A stretch of DNA of 62,816 nt, the filler included, from Lenisia limosa (taxonomy: Eukaryota > Protista > Breviatea), in the NCBI GenBank assembly GCA_001655205.1. It is 14 parts of 14 records of this genome, joined end to end, with 100 filler letters (N's around TTAATTAATTAA, not from the genome) between each part and the next. Parts side by side here need not be neighbours in the genome. Positions count along the whole stretch, not along the records: positions 25,553 to 26,992 come from LPNZ01006145.1; positions 27,093 to 35,580 come from LPNZ01001417.1; positions 35,681 to 36,806 come from LPNZ01007972.1; positions 36,907 to 38,250 come from LPNZ01001901.1; 10 more parts are not named here. One strand, written 5' to 3'. The notes beneath the pieces were generated by a model. It was not told the DNA's origin, ran no database searches, and was given only the letters and a program-made list of their open reading frames with translations. Within the stretch, counting starts at the first letter, position 1, and the number at the start of each line of letters is the position of its first letter. A program made the translations under genes and the position numbers. This document shows, piece by piece, positions 26,844 to 38,350 of the stretch.

Positions 26844-26992
26844 ATAAGGAGCGTATTGGGTCGACAAATGAAAGAAAAGCCTCCTTTTTCTCGGTTTTAA
26901 TCATGTTCGCGGTTTTAAACACCTAGATATAGTTAAAACCGCGAACAAAAAGGAGGCTTTTCTTTCAATTTTTGAGCCAATACGCTCCTTAT
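26844..26992. repeat. Long imperfect palindrome (foldback), right arm running into a gap
   Basis: ATAAGGAGCGTATTGG/CCAATACGCTCCTTAT, TGAAAGAAAAGCCTCCTTTTT/AAAAAGGAGGCTTTTCTTTCA and TGTTCGCGGTTTTAA/TTAAAACCGCGAACA are nested inverted pairs around a 14-nt loop. Another TTAAAACCGCGAACA copy lies at ~26042. Confidence 0.85.
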
Positions 26993-27092
26993 NNNNNNNN
27001 NNNNNNNNNNNNNNNNNNNNNNNNNNNNNNNNNNNNTTAATTAATTAANNNNNNNNNNNNNNNNNNNNNNNNNNNNNNNNNNNNNNNNNNNN

Positions 27093-27138
27093 CCTCATGG
27101 TTGGTGTCTTATTCGCCATCATGCTGCTTCTGTTCTAA
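27093..27138 (+). CDS. Orphan terminal exon encoding a hydrophobic C-terminal tail
   Basis: Immediately after a spacer gap: LMVGVLFAIMLLLF* (TAA 27136-27138). Looks like a tail-anchor TM segment; the rest of the gene is not visible. Confidence 0.35.
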
Positions 27139-27404
27139 GTGGCTGGACTGCGTTTTAAAGTTTTGTTGACTATGGTTATGTTTTTTTGGTGTTGGTGACG
27201 TGTTATTTAAGGTTGGACAATTTTGACAAAATGAACTTTCCTCCATGTTATTTCGGTATTTCAGTTGCTAATAATAATAATACATTAGTATACAAATAAA
27301 TAAGACCATACAGTAAACCTTCAACATGAGCTGAGCTGCCATGCCTATGACAAGTCACAGCAAATTGAGAGAGATGAAAATAGAGAGGTCAATCCTCTCT
27401 AACC

Positions 27405-30400
27405 TTAAGTGAAAGCCGACTTGATATACCCTGACAGCAAGTCCTGGAGCTCCTTCATCTTCTTCTCCTGAAAGGGTTAGTCAGCTGCACAATTGTCAAC
27501 TAAAACGAACACAATACATGAACTATCATTGACTCATTTTCCAGCCAAACACAAAATGAAAGGTACACGCTACTGACCTGTGCCCTCTGCGTTGTTTTCA
27601 TTTTCTCTTCCATCTCGTCAACGGTCAGACGCAACTTTCGATTGGCATCCTCCTAAATAGTCAACGCCAACAACAGCGACTTAATGCAAACGTTAAATCT
27701 AATCTTCTTGCCTTCAGATCAAAATGGACCACAGCGCAAAGCATCTCATATGCAATTCACTGTTCATGACAAAGACCCCAAACATATCCGTTATCATTTC
27801 GGATTACCCCCCCCTCCTCACGCGGTCCGACACGTCATGGGTCAAGGAGACAATTCGCCGCTGGAGTGCCGCCTTCTCCTCGTCACTTTCCCTGGCTTTC
27901 TGGGGGGGAGGGGTGAATCATGGAACAACTTGGGTTGACGAATGAAACAGGATAAATGTCCATATCGACCATTATATTTCTGGTGCTCCACGGGTTTTCT
28001 CCTGTATAAGTTCCCATTTCACCCTGGCCACATACCCTTTCGCGAAGATCTGTATTCATTTGGTTTTCTGCTAGAACTGTCTGCAAAAATTAGTGTGCCT
28101 TCAAGAATGGTTGCACCATCCAGGATCCAAATCCCTCCAAAAGACACTTGACCTGTTAACTACCTCCTACTTTGGCCTTTTCTGCGGCAATTTCAAGACT
28201 TGATATTCTGGTATCTCTTTCAGCAAGACTCTGTCTCTCAGTTGCAAGTCGGTTTTCTAACTCCTGGTGTCTATAGGAGTGAATGGAATGAAAGCAATGG
28301 TAAACATCAACTTACTGGTATTAACTCTTACAATAAATATCAACAAAAAATTGTTGCACCAACCTAGCATTTTCCAGGGTACGAAGATGCTTCATTTCTC
28401 GAACCAAGTCTAACGCAGTAAACGAAGGGGTGTTATCTTGATTTTGAAAAAATAAATCATCGATATTATGTTGGTCTTTTCTAGACCATAGAGAAGCCCT
28501 GTATTATGATATCCAATATCAATATGTAGCCGCTTTGCTCTACAATCCGATATTCCAACCTATTTCTGAATAGCGCCTTCATGCGACAGTTGTGAAGTTC
28601 ATTCTTCTCAGACCAAAAACCCCCTTCTGCTTTCCAATATTCCCAACCGACTTTCCTTTTCCGCTATCAAAGACGCCTGCTCCCTCGAGAGCTGTGCAAT
28701 GCGGGTTGACTCCTCCTGCAGATACATGACATCATAAATTTCGACAAAGAGTAAGGGATAAATTGGAGTCAACTTGATATCGTTTACTACAACATACTTG
28801 AAGTGACCAAAGTTCTGGAGAGAAGCCTTTTCACCGCAATACCCGCATCTTACTCCCCACATTATTGTACCTATCCTGCAGTTGGACCTTTGATTGTTCT
28901 GCGGAGATCTTGAGAGTCATGAGGTCACTTCGTAGCTCATCAACCTCATTCTCGGCCTGGGGGTGGGGGAACGAATTAGGCTAGGAGATAGTGGATAATG
29001 GAAGGACAAATCTAAGCAAGATGGAACTTGCTATTAACAAAACTTTATGACACCTCCCCCCCCCCCCCNNNNNNNNNNNNNNNNNNNNNNNNNNNNNNNN
29101 NNNNNNNNNNNNNNNNNNNNNNCCGTGACCTATCGGAGCTCTCTTGCCGGAACCTGCAGCGTTAGCGGTTCATCGGCATCCGCAAAGCTGAGAAAAACAC
29201 TGAAATCTACAGACCTTCATCACGAGATAATATATTTGTCTCGAATTTCCCCCATGTGTGCACAGCTTACTTGTCAATTTCTCCCATGTGTGCACGGCTT
29301 TCCTCAGCCATTCTGTCCATAGCGTCTCTTTTATGCCGACTGATCTCATCTGTCAGTTGTCTCTCCTGGGGGGTGGGGTGTGAGGCTAAACAACCCTGGA
29401 AAATCAACACTTAGCTTAACGGCAGCGGAGAGAAATGTATGTACATAAAACCAAATCAATTCAGCCACCCTCCCAGCTCAATAATCGCACCCAGTCATAG
29501 CCCACCTTATGCTCTGCCTGGCTCTTGACCCTCTCCATTGTCAACTCCAATTCATGGAGTCTTTCTTCTCTGACCCGGAGATTCTGGCATGTAAAAGGAA
29601 GGCATAATTATATTATACTACTATGCCCATGTGTATAATATAGCATAGAGTATAATGCATATACCTAAAATGTTCGTGTCAGTTCAGGTGCTTACTGAAT
29701 CCTGCAGAACACTTTAGATCCTAATGAATATTTCAGCCTACACTTTCAAGCATCAGGATTTTGTTCATGCTATCTGTGTGAGCCTCACGGTTGTCACCAA
29801 CTATGCGGACCTGAACCTTGAATGAAGGGACAGGTAACAGGTTGGCAACAAGGAATAGAACAGGGGTGAACGGAAAGGGTAAGCAGAATGTTGACATAAG
29901 AAACTATACTACTTGTACATACTTTCCCAAAAAAATGTGTACTATGAAGAAATCAAAAGGGTAAATGATGAGAAGAGATTGAGACAGCAAAGTATATTCC
30001 AAAAATTTAAAGATCATGAGGAGAACCTTAGAGTGGGTCTTTACCTTTTCTTTTATTGAAGTATTGATAGTGATACGTATTTGGCGCAAAAACCCTCTGG
30101 TTCAGAATCTTCGAGATAACTTCTGATGTGTCTGTTTTATGTATTTTGATCCACAATATTTCTTAGTCTTTTTAAGAAGTGGAGTTTATCTGTTAATTGT
30201 GTTCCTCCTATACCGACATGTATAGTGGACGGTTTCGTACCCCTCTATCGGCACTCAATATTTGGTTTCACTGTGCCAGGTGACAATGCGGTTGCACCAA
30301 GGGCATTCATCGATAGAGTCAGTCGTTTGAGTGGTTGTGTTGTGACCATCCATCGCGATAGCACACCCATGGCATGAGTCTTCTGGCACAGATTGAGTCC

Positions 30401-33400
30401 GGTATACACTGGTGCAAGAGTTTTAAACCGGAGTTAGCAGGGTATGGGATCAGAAGCCCTCCGAAGGTCATGGACGCTACTATGGTTGGATTTTGAAAGT
30501 ATTAGTTGATTGGATCGAATAAATTTCGTACAAAAGCAAATGCAACCTCCCTGTTTCGTAGCGTTTTATATTCTGTGAACAAGGGAGAACGTATCACTCA
30601 TGTGAGCCACCATAACTTCTTGGTGGAAGCTTTTCTGCTAAACTCAGCAAAGGCGAACAGATTGATACTGGTGTTATATTCTCAAACTATCGCCATATAT
30701 TTCTTCAGAAATGGCTCCAAAGATGTTCTTCATCCTCTGGAAATTCTTTCCGGCCAGCGAGGCATCTATTCAGGGACCAATTTTCTCGCTCTTTAATGAG
30801 GTTGTTAATTAATTAATATGAAGATATTATGTTCGTTGTTCTGGTACCTTACACTATGTCTGACAATTGATATTTCACCCCAGTAAATTAATCTAATTTA
30901 TGTAATTCTTTCTCCGTTGTTTTCAACCAATTTGGTTTTGATTCATTGAAAATTAAAGTGAACTATCTTGCTGTTTACAAAAACACACGTGCTCGCCAAG
31001 CGGCAGGTAAGAACACACGTGCTCGCCAAGCGGCAGGTAATAATTTAAGACAACAGCACCACAGCCTAGTGGGACAGTTTCAATTGATTGCTGATGTTGG
31101 GGTTGACTACTTCTCTGTCGTCGAACAACCGGAACACCGGGTGGGTAAGAGGACAGTCATCTTGATGTTCTTTACGATTCTTTCACCTGTATAGCACCAA
31201 TATGAATTGCAGTGCCTCAAGCTTGAAGGTTTGAAGTAGGTATATGAAAGATGCACATTTCTTGAGTTAAAGCCACATGCACATGTTGACTCATTTTCCG
31301 TGTGCATTGCTGTAAGACTATGTTTCTCATAAGCTTCACATCCACGCCGACTTGGACACATGATCAACAAAAGACAAAACGAGAACAATTATCTGAAAAC
31401 AAAAAGAAAGAGAATGTGTTTCCGTAAAAAACAAAAATATTTCATGTTGAAAGGGTGACATTAAAAGTGTTTCATGTTGAAAGGTGAGCACATTAAACGA
31501 TAGAAAAAGGGTACCGTGAATCCCTCCCAACCTTTTCCTCTCTCTCATTGTTGAGCTCTGTCGTGAGTTGTTGAACCTTGGAGAATAAACAACTATCCAC
31601 TGTTCACGACATAGCAGGAATTTTAAGTTTTTTTAAAACGACAGTTTTCGATTTGAAAGAATTCGAAACAGAGAAGATTATTGGAGCGTCACTATGCAAT
31701 AATATAACAAGGGATTTGTAACAGTCCAACATTTGCCGCGTTTTCCGTTTTGAGGGTCTCAATTTGCACAACCAATTCAGCATTTTTAGCCTCGGTTCTG
31801 GATAAGTTCCGCTCTAAGTCTGAGACCCGTCTTTCGAGATCCTAGATTGAGGTCAGAGAAATAATTCTCTTTAAGAGCATGTTAAATCAGTAGTATGTTG
31901 AGAAGGGGGTTCGTAGCATGGCGCAATTGTTGAAACTAAAAACAAAAATTGATCGTAAGTATACTATCATATATTATTTTATGATATCATATGTACTAAA
32001 TATATCGATGAGAGAAACAGCGCTTATCAAAAATCTTTCATCTTGTAGCCCAGTCACCATCCTAAGTTGGGTTGAAATGGAATGTTCGGCTTCCAACCGA
32101 GCCACGTCGGCTTCGCTAACCGTCCGCTGGTTCTCGGCCTGGATGGTGAGGATGGAAGGAAGGAAGTAATTGACATGGCATTACAATTATGTCTGTGATT
32201 TGCCATTTCTGTTATGAAACTCGTAGCAGTAACACCTCACAACTGCGTTATTATCCCCCCCCCCCCNNNNNNNNNNNNNNNNNNNNNNNNNNNNNNNNNN
32301 NNNNNNNNNNNNNNNNNNNNNNNNNNNNNNNNNNNNNNNNNNNNNNNNNNNNNNNNNNNGTGCCGCTGACTCGATCTCTACCGTCTTGCGCACGTGCTCT
32401 CTCTCCTCCATGTCTTGGCGCACTTCCTAATATGGTAAGTAGGGTTCGAAATAGTCTCGTAAAATTGCGATATTTTAGGGGCTGTAGGTCTGAATAGTTA
32501 GTGACTTGATTGTAACACTTGCGGGCAACTATTTCCCCCATATATATACATGTATTTGCAAAGTCTTGTTTCATGTAACATAATACAATATATCATAATA
32601 CACACAAACGTATCATATCTATCGGCATATTGTTTCTCCATGTGATTTCAAAAGCCAATCTATTAATGCAGAGAAAAAAACAAACGCAAACCGTGCTAAT
32701 ATGTGAGCCATTTCGCGCCAGCGCCACAGCTAAACAAGTAAATAAACACTCTGGTTGAAGTACTCTTTCAAAAAGAACGATTTATTTCAAATACAGCTCC
32801 CTTCATTTTTCAATCTTGGAACACTGAGACAATTGATGAACTGACGGTACATGGATATTGATACCCATCACACCGATAGTTTGAAGGACTTCGTCAGGAA
32901 TAAGGTTTCCAGCTAACTTCAGCTCCACAAGGCTGGTGTTGGTCACCATAGCCTGGAGAGCTGTTAAGTCCTCATAAACAAGAATGTAGTGTTCTTTGAC
33001 CCTGACGGCTATCGAGGCGAGCAATTTTTCAATTTAGAACAGGGACAGCATAAAATAACTATGATATAATACTACAAAGGGATGGCAATTATAAATTCAA
33101 ACAGCCAACCTTTGCTATAGCCCGGCCGCCAGCAATACCAATGTTGTTCCACCGAAGATCTGAAAAAGGTCACTTTCAAGTTGAAATGCATGTTTGCACC
33201 TTTTTAGATGGTTTATATGATTAAAGTCGAACATGCTTTGTTTCCTCACCGAGGTGCGTCAGGGCCGTGTTGATGGCAAGCGCATCAGCCAGGACCACGG
33301 CGGCGTGCGGGCTGATTCGGTTGTTGCGCAAATCTAGCTCCCTCTGTCAGGTTAACACAGGTGGTGGTTTCCACCAACCTCATCCTTTTACGCTTATTCT

Positions 33401-34121
33401 ATTGACTTACTTTTTTATTACAGAGATTCCTTATAAGAAAAAGCCCATCACTGCCATTGAAACCATTACCCACCAGTTTTGTGTTGGACGACAATGACTC
33501 AGCAATGGCCTTGATTCCAGCATCCCACACTCCAAGACCTTAATTGTATGACAGGTAAATTGTTGCCGCGAACTGGCGTTACGAAGAAAAAAGAAGAAAA
33601 AAAAAACGCTTCATCCGCATCTTGAAACCAAGCAATCAAATTAACCCACCATTGTACTCCAACGCCAAGGATGAAAGCGACTGCGAGGTTTTGAGCAGCG
33701 AGGCCAGCGCCACTGCCCCCTCAAGACGAATGTTGTTGGATCGCAGGTCCAGATTGCTAAGCGCTGGATGGCGGCCAAGACCAGATACAAGAAGTTCAAG
33801 CCCTAATACGGGTGAGAAAACACACAGTAAGGCTTAATACGCCCGGGTTACCATCATCTTCAAGAAAACAGTTACTGAGAATCAAGGAACCAAGGGTTTC
33901 ATCTTCCAAAAACGCTTCGGAAAGTGCTTTAAGTACCTATTTCAAATAAAAACGGTTGAAAATTTTAGTGAACCAACTCTATAATCGAAAGACTTGCCAT
34001 TGAAACTAACTGTCACATTTCCAGTTTTTGGTAGCTTATTCAGAGACTCTTCAAGCCATTTAACTACTCTAACATTCTTGGACTTGGATTTCTCGATATA
34101 TAGCTCACCAAGAGATGTCAT
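27405..34121 (-). CDS. LRRC45: LRRC45-like protein (N-terminal RNI-like LRRs, C-terminal coiled coil)
   Basis: ATG at 34121. LRR exons LILSNCFLEDDG|LELLVSGLGRHPALSNLDLRSNNIRLEGAVAL..LALEYNG|LGVWDAGIKAIAESLSSNTKL|RELDLRNNRIS..|DLRWNNIGIAGGRAIAK|AMVTNTSLVELKLAGNLIPDEVLQTI parallel, from memory, the animal LRRC45 repeats (LEWNSLGTWD, LDLRNNQIS, LDLRWNNVGLLGGRAL, LAGNNIPGDVLRAV). Then coiled-coil exons, ending EKKMKELQDLLSGYIKSAFT*. Confidence 0.82.
30959..31363 (+). CDS. Candidate nested antisense gene (3' exons) inside an LRRC45 intron
   Basis: Four phase-compatible plus-strand exons (30959-31006, 31070-31140, 31195-31228, 31317-31363) with GT-AG introns of 63, 54 and 88 nt give VNYLAVYKNTRARQAAVGQFQLIADVGVDYFSVVEQPEHRHQYELQCLKLEDYVSHKLHIHADLDT*. 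Further unresolved open segments lie at 29901-30800. Confidence 0.45.
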
Positions 34122-34385
34122 TTAACAAAATTTAATTACACTTTTACAATTTTCTGAATCAATTTCTGAAAAGGAGGGGAAAAAAAGAAAAATTTTGAAT
34201 TTGGTGAACCCCTGATCCAGCAGATCAAATGATCGTTTAAAAGAAATTGGAAAAATTTTAAAAATTGGATTTAAAGAAAAGATACAAGACAGTGAGACAT
34301 TTTGTTATTAAACGTTTAAAGGATGGAATAGTTGAATAGTGGAATAGTTGCAAGTTACACCCTTTTTTAACACAAGGAAGCTACA

Positions 34386-35335
34386 ATGGAGTCAGCTCCC
34401 GACTCCCCTAACACTAAAGAAGCAAAAGCAGCGACTTCCAAGTACTCTTTTTCTGTCACTATCCCTACAGTTGTGACCCATGAAAATTACACAGTGAGCT
34501 AGATGATGTGCTTGGTAGTTTTAACTTCTTTAGGGATTTTTAATTGTGGTCCAAGACTCGACTGGGGCCGAATGGGAGGTTGAACACAGATTTTCCGAGT
34601 TCCACACTCTGAATGAGAAGGTTTGTACCTTCTGATGGTTTTCTTATAACATGCAGCTCTGTAGAAGCTACCCTATCGTTGAGAAGTTCCAGTTCCCCCC
34701 TAAGAAAATGGTAAGTGGGATTGGTGTATTTGTATACTGAGCTGCGAGCGAATCGTAGGTTCTACGTGGGTCCGTTGAATGTAGTAATCTGACCTTTGCT
34801 CTTCTATGAAATGACAGTTTTTTGGTCGGTATTGGATGATTTTCTGATAGTTAGTCAAGCTAGTATATTGCGTTTCCTGTATTCCCCCATATCAACAGAA
34901 CCATTCATCACGACTGTGGTTGATATCACATGTTATTAATATTAAACGTTCATTCTTATCATCTAATAAAAATATAAATTTGGAAAAGAGTTCTATTTCA
35001 GTCTCCAAGTGTCACTATCAACACCCCTTCTAGTCTTAATAATGTGGATGGCTAAACCCATTTTTATTTCACATCTCAAAAACCATCCCTGTGCAATATT
35101 CAAATTTCAGTTGAACCAAGGCGACAAGATGATTGAGAAGCGCAGGCATGCTCTTGAAATTTGGCTTTATCAGGTGGGGGGGTCGGGGGTAAGAAATATG
35201 TTTAGCAGGGGTGTTGTATGGGCTCCTTTTAAAGCCAGTTTAAGGGATGATACATGTCTGATCCTTCAGGTGATTTCTGATGTGAATTTGATATCGAACT
35301 ACCTGGTGCGAGACTTTATTGGTGGGCCTGGCTGA
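34386..35335 (+). CDS. Small PX-domain protein
   Basis: MESAPDSPNTKEAKAATSKYSFSVTIPTVVTHENYT|GFLIVVQDSTGAEWEVEHRFSEFHTLNEK|LCRSYPIVEKFQFPPKKM|LNQGDKMIEKRRHALEIWLYQ|VISDVNLISNYLVRDFIGGPG*. Contains PX hallmarks RFSEF, FPPKK and IEKRR. The 3' end could continue via a donor before the stop. Confidence 0.8.
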
Positions 35336-35749
35336 GGCGGCCTTTTCATTAGTCTATATTGGATTACCCCGACTGCTATGATGAGAAATAATACGGGGTT
35401 GTATCTGGCCGAAGCCGTCCATACCATTACGCCTATAAGAGGCACGCTTACATAAATCAATTGTCATTTCTCATTTGACGTATTATGAACGAAAGTCTCA
35501 GCTCCACTTTGGCTGACTGCACTTAGAGATCAAAGATGACGACTCGCCAGTGGAAGACAAGAGGCTCAAGGTGCGTGCTGNNNNNNNNNNNNNNNNNNNN
35601 NNNNNNNNNNNNNNNNNNNNNNNNTTAATTAATTAANNNNNNNNNNNNNNNNNNNNNNNNNNNNNNNNNNNNNNNNNNNNCAGTCCACACATGAGCCCAT
35701 TGGCAGCTAACCTTCAACCCAGTCCACACATGAGCCCATTGGCAGCTAA

Positions 35750-36760
35750 CCTTCAACAGAGTTTGCATAGTTGTGGATATGGGTCATGTACTTCTGCTGC
35801 ATACGACGCTCACGGTCAGTGAGGACGGTCTTGCTATAGGGGGTGAGCAAAGGGCCTTCAAAGATTGATCACTGCGGAGAACATATTAGGGCTAACAAGT
35901 AAAAAGTCATAGACAAGGCTTCACTTCGGTTCGGGAAAATATCGATAGTTTTCGAGGATTTATCTACAAAGCCCCTCCAACCTTGCTTCGGTCAGACACT
36001 CGGTTTGGAACTCAGTAACCCACTCGTTGGTGTTGACAAACCCCTCAGAAGTCTGTCCACGGTTATATTACAAGAAAGCGTGATTGATGGCCAAAAAAAA
36101 AAAAAAAAANNNNNNNNNNNNNNNNNNNNNNNNNNNNNNNNNNNNNNNNNNNNNNNNNNNNNNNNNNNNNNNNNNNNNNNNCACCAAGATCCTGCTCTTC
36201 ACCGTTCCAAATGGCCTCGAGGTCGTCATCACCGGCAATGATGTCTTCGGAGACTTCCCAGTCGAGGTCCAGGAGGGTGGCCTGATATGTTAATGCTGGG
36301 GTAGATCGAGACGCTGCAGATATCATATGGATATATTGAAGATCCCCAGATCTTTGACAGATCTCTGACAAATCCTGGGGTAGATCTTGTACAATTCGAA
36401 ACCGCAAATGTTTTTTTGCATTTAAGTGATTCCAAACGTTCTCAGCTGACCTGAGGAATTGCGGGGGGAGCGGGAGCAAATGCGGATCCAGCAACACTCT
36501 AAGGAGTAAAAGTGGACAAAATTTCGACGATTTTCAAGAAACGCAGTCTTTTTCCGAACCGAAATGAAGACCAAGGTATTATCTGCTTGACCCCCTCTGA
36601 CCTCGAAAGTAACCTTGATCTCCTTTTCAGCAAGGTGGCTGGCCGCAGCGCAAGCATCAACCAAAATGGCGTGGACGCATGAAGGAAGGGGGGATTTGCG
36701 TTGCGCGTGAAGGAAGTGGGCCAGGCGTCCGTCAATGATGTCCAAAAAGCATGATTGCGA
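35750..36760 (-). CDS. Probable N-terminal exons of eIF3m on an inverted contig
   Basis: Exons SQSCFLDIIDGRLAHFLHAQRK..KEIKVTFE|SVAGSAFAPAPPAIPQ|ATLLDLDWEVSEDIIAGDDDLEAIWNG..|TSEGFVNTNEW.. share the biased codon usage of the adjacent eIF3m exons and weakly resemble the eIF3m N-terminus (FIDISEED, DDKDVESVMN). Assignment is inferential. Confidence 0.45.
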
Positions 36761-37020
36761 CTGGGGGTGGGAGCAAAATTAGAAAATTAATGAAATAAAA
36801 AAGCCCNNNNNNNNNNNNNNNNNNNNNNNNNNNNNNNNNNNNNNNNNNNNTTAATTAATTAANNNNNNNNNNNNNNNNNNNNNNNNNNNNNNNNNNNNNN
36901 NNNNNNGGTTGTTTGTGCTGTTGTTTTAAACCCTTGTGTTTTTTTTTTATTATTATTGTTACTATTTTGGGCTTTTTTTATTTCATGAATTTTCCAAATG
37001 TTACTCCCCTCATCCCTCAG

Positions 37021-38228
37021 CCTTCTTTTCTTCCTCGGGTTCATCAAATTTGCTGCTGCTTCCAAGAACCTCGAAATTGTGGCTTCTCAGGTGAGGGTAG
37101 AGAAATTGTGGTTGGTGGAGAGAGAGAGAGAGAGGAAGTACTAGAAACCCTTTTTCTTTAGTTAATTGATATCTTGTTACTTTCTTTAGTTAATTGATAG
37201 TTCCTTAACTATTGCTTGAAAAAATAAGAAGAATTAAAAACTCATGATCCTATAGGCCCGCGACCTCTCCATTCTGGTCCAGGAATGGGGTGTTACTGAT
37301 GACGAGGCTTCCTCCGCTATGAAGCTTCTCTCCTCCTTGTTCATTGAGCATGGCATGAAGTGGGGAGGGGTATGAGTAGAGCTTCCCTACGGTCCCAAAA
37401 GACCGTTAAAATATCGAGGATTTATCGAGAAATCCAGTCTTATTTGAACCGAAATGAAGCCCTAGTCCTATGGTGTGAATAGAAGGTCTACCATCAATCC
37501 TATGCTGTCAATAGCAGGGGGGTGGAGGGTATGACTTGTGCTTCCCTACGGTCCCAAAAAAGACTGAAATTCTCGATAAATCCTTGATGAATTTTAACGG
37601 TCATTTTCGGATAGTGATGGAATAATATGAGCTATGGGTGGGAGTGGTGCCCCCCGTATACGTAATTTTGTTTTCCAATGAAACCATATTGTACGTCCTG
37701 TCAGCAACGCTGCCAAACTACGATGTTTCTTTTATTTTTCGCATCTTCATTGTAGTTACCCTTGTTGTAATCCCTTATTGTAATCGAAATTTCCCTTATT
37801 TTCACCCCCGCAGCGACTACGCCATCACCCACCTGACCTCCTTCCTGGCAACACCCCTCGCCGCCAACGCTGTGACCGAGGCTGTGACCCTCATCTCTCA
37901 CTGCATCAACGCCCCTGAAATCTACAGATTCGACCACGTGAGAGGCGGTAGTGCTTGTCAGAAGAAGAATAACAGACAAAGAGGGGGGAACAGATTGGAT
38001 ACATAGAGCACCAATATCTGGTTTAATAACCTCTCGTGCCGCATTTTCGAACCTCCAGTAAACTTGAGTTTTGTTTCACGCAGTTCAGCTTTTCGCCCTT
38101 CCCGCAGTGAACAAATTGAAGGACGCTAACAGACCCGTGTACAAGCTTCTCTGCCTCATGACCGAGTCTATGTACAAGGAGGTCATGGAGTGGATTGACG
38201 CTCATGCCAAGGTCATCGATGCTCTGAG
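37021..38228 (+). CDS. EIF3M: Translation initiation factor eIF3 subunit M (PCI domain), internal exons
   Basis: LLFFLGFIKFAAASKNLEIVASQ|ARDLSILVQEWGVTDDEASSAMKLLSSLFIEHGMK|SDYAITHLTSFLATPLAANAVTEAVTLISHCINAPEIYRFDH|LFALPAVNKLKDANRPVYKLLCLMTESMYKEVMEWIDAHAKVIDAL is colinear with eIF3m (LIKVAAS, ISDWNLT, DPNAFLFDHLLTLKPVKFL, IHDLL). Confidence 0.72.
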
Positions 38229-38350
38229 TTGGGGGGGAGAGAGAAGAAAANNNNNNNNNNNNNNNNNNNNNNNNNNNNNNNNNNNNNNNNNNNNTTAATT
38301 AATTAANNNNNNNNNNNNNNNNNNNNNNNNNNNNNNNNNNNNNNNNNNNN

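Noticed and set aside
30271-30408. Minus-strand readings suggesting a CxxC..CxxC zinc ribbon or an extra LRR (LKRLTLSMNALG) in LRRC45, and a plus-strand amidohydrolase-like 'FIDRHTHG'
   Set aside because: Three mutually exclusive readings. The flanking LRRC45 exons already join in phase without this segment, and the HxH motif needs an assumed 44-nt intron. Not supportable without RNA data.
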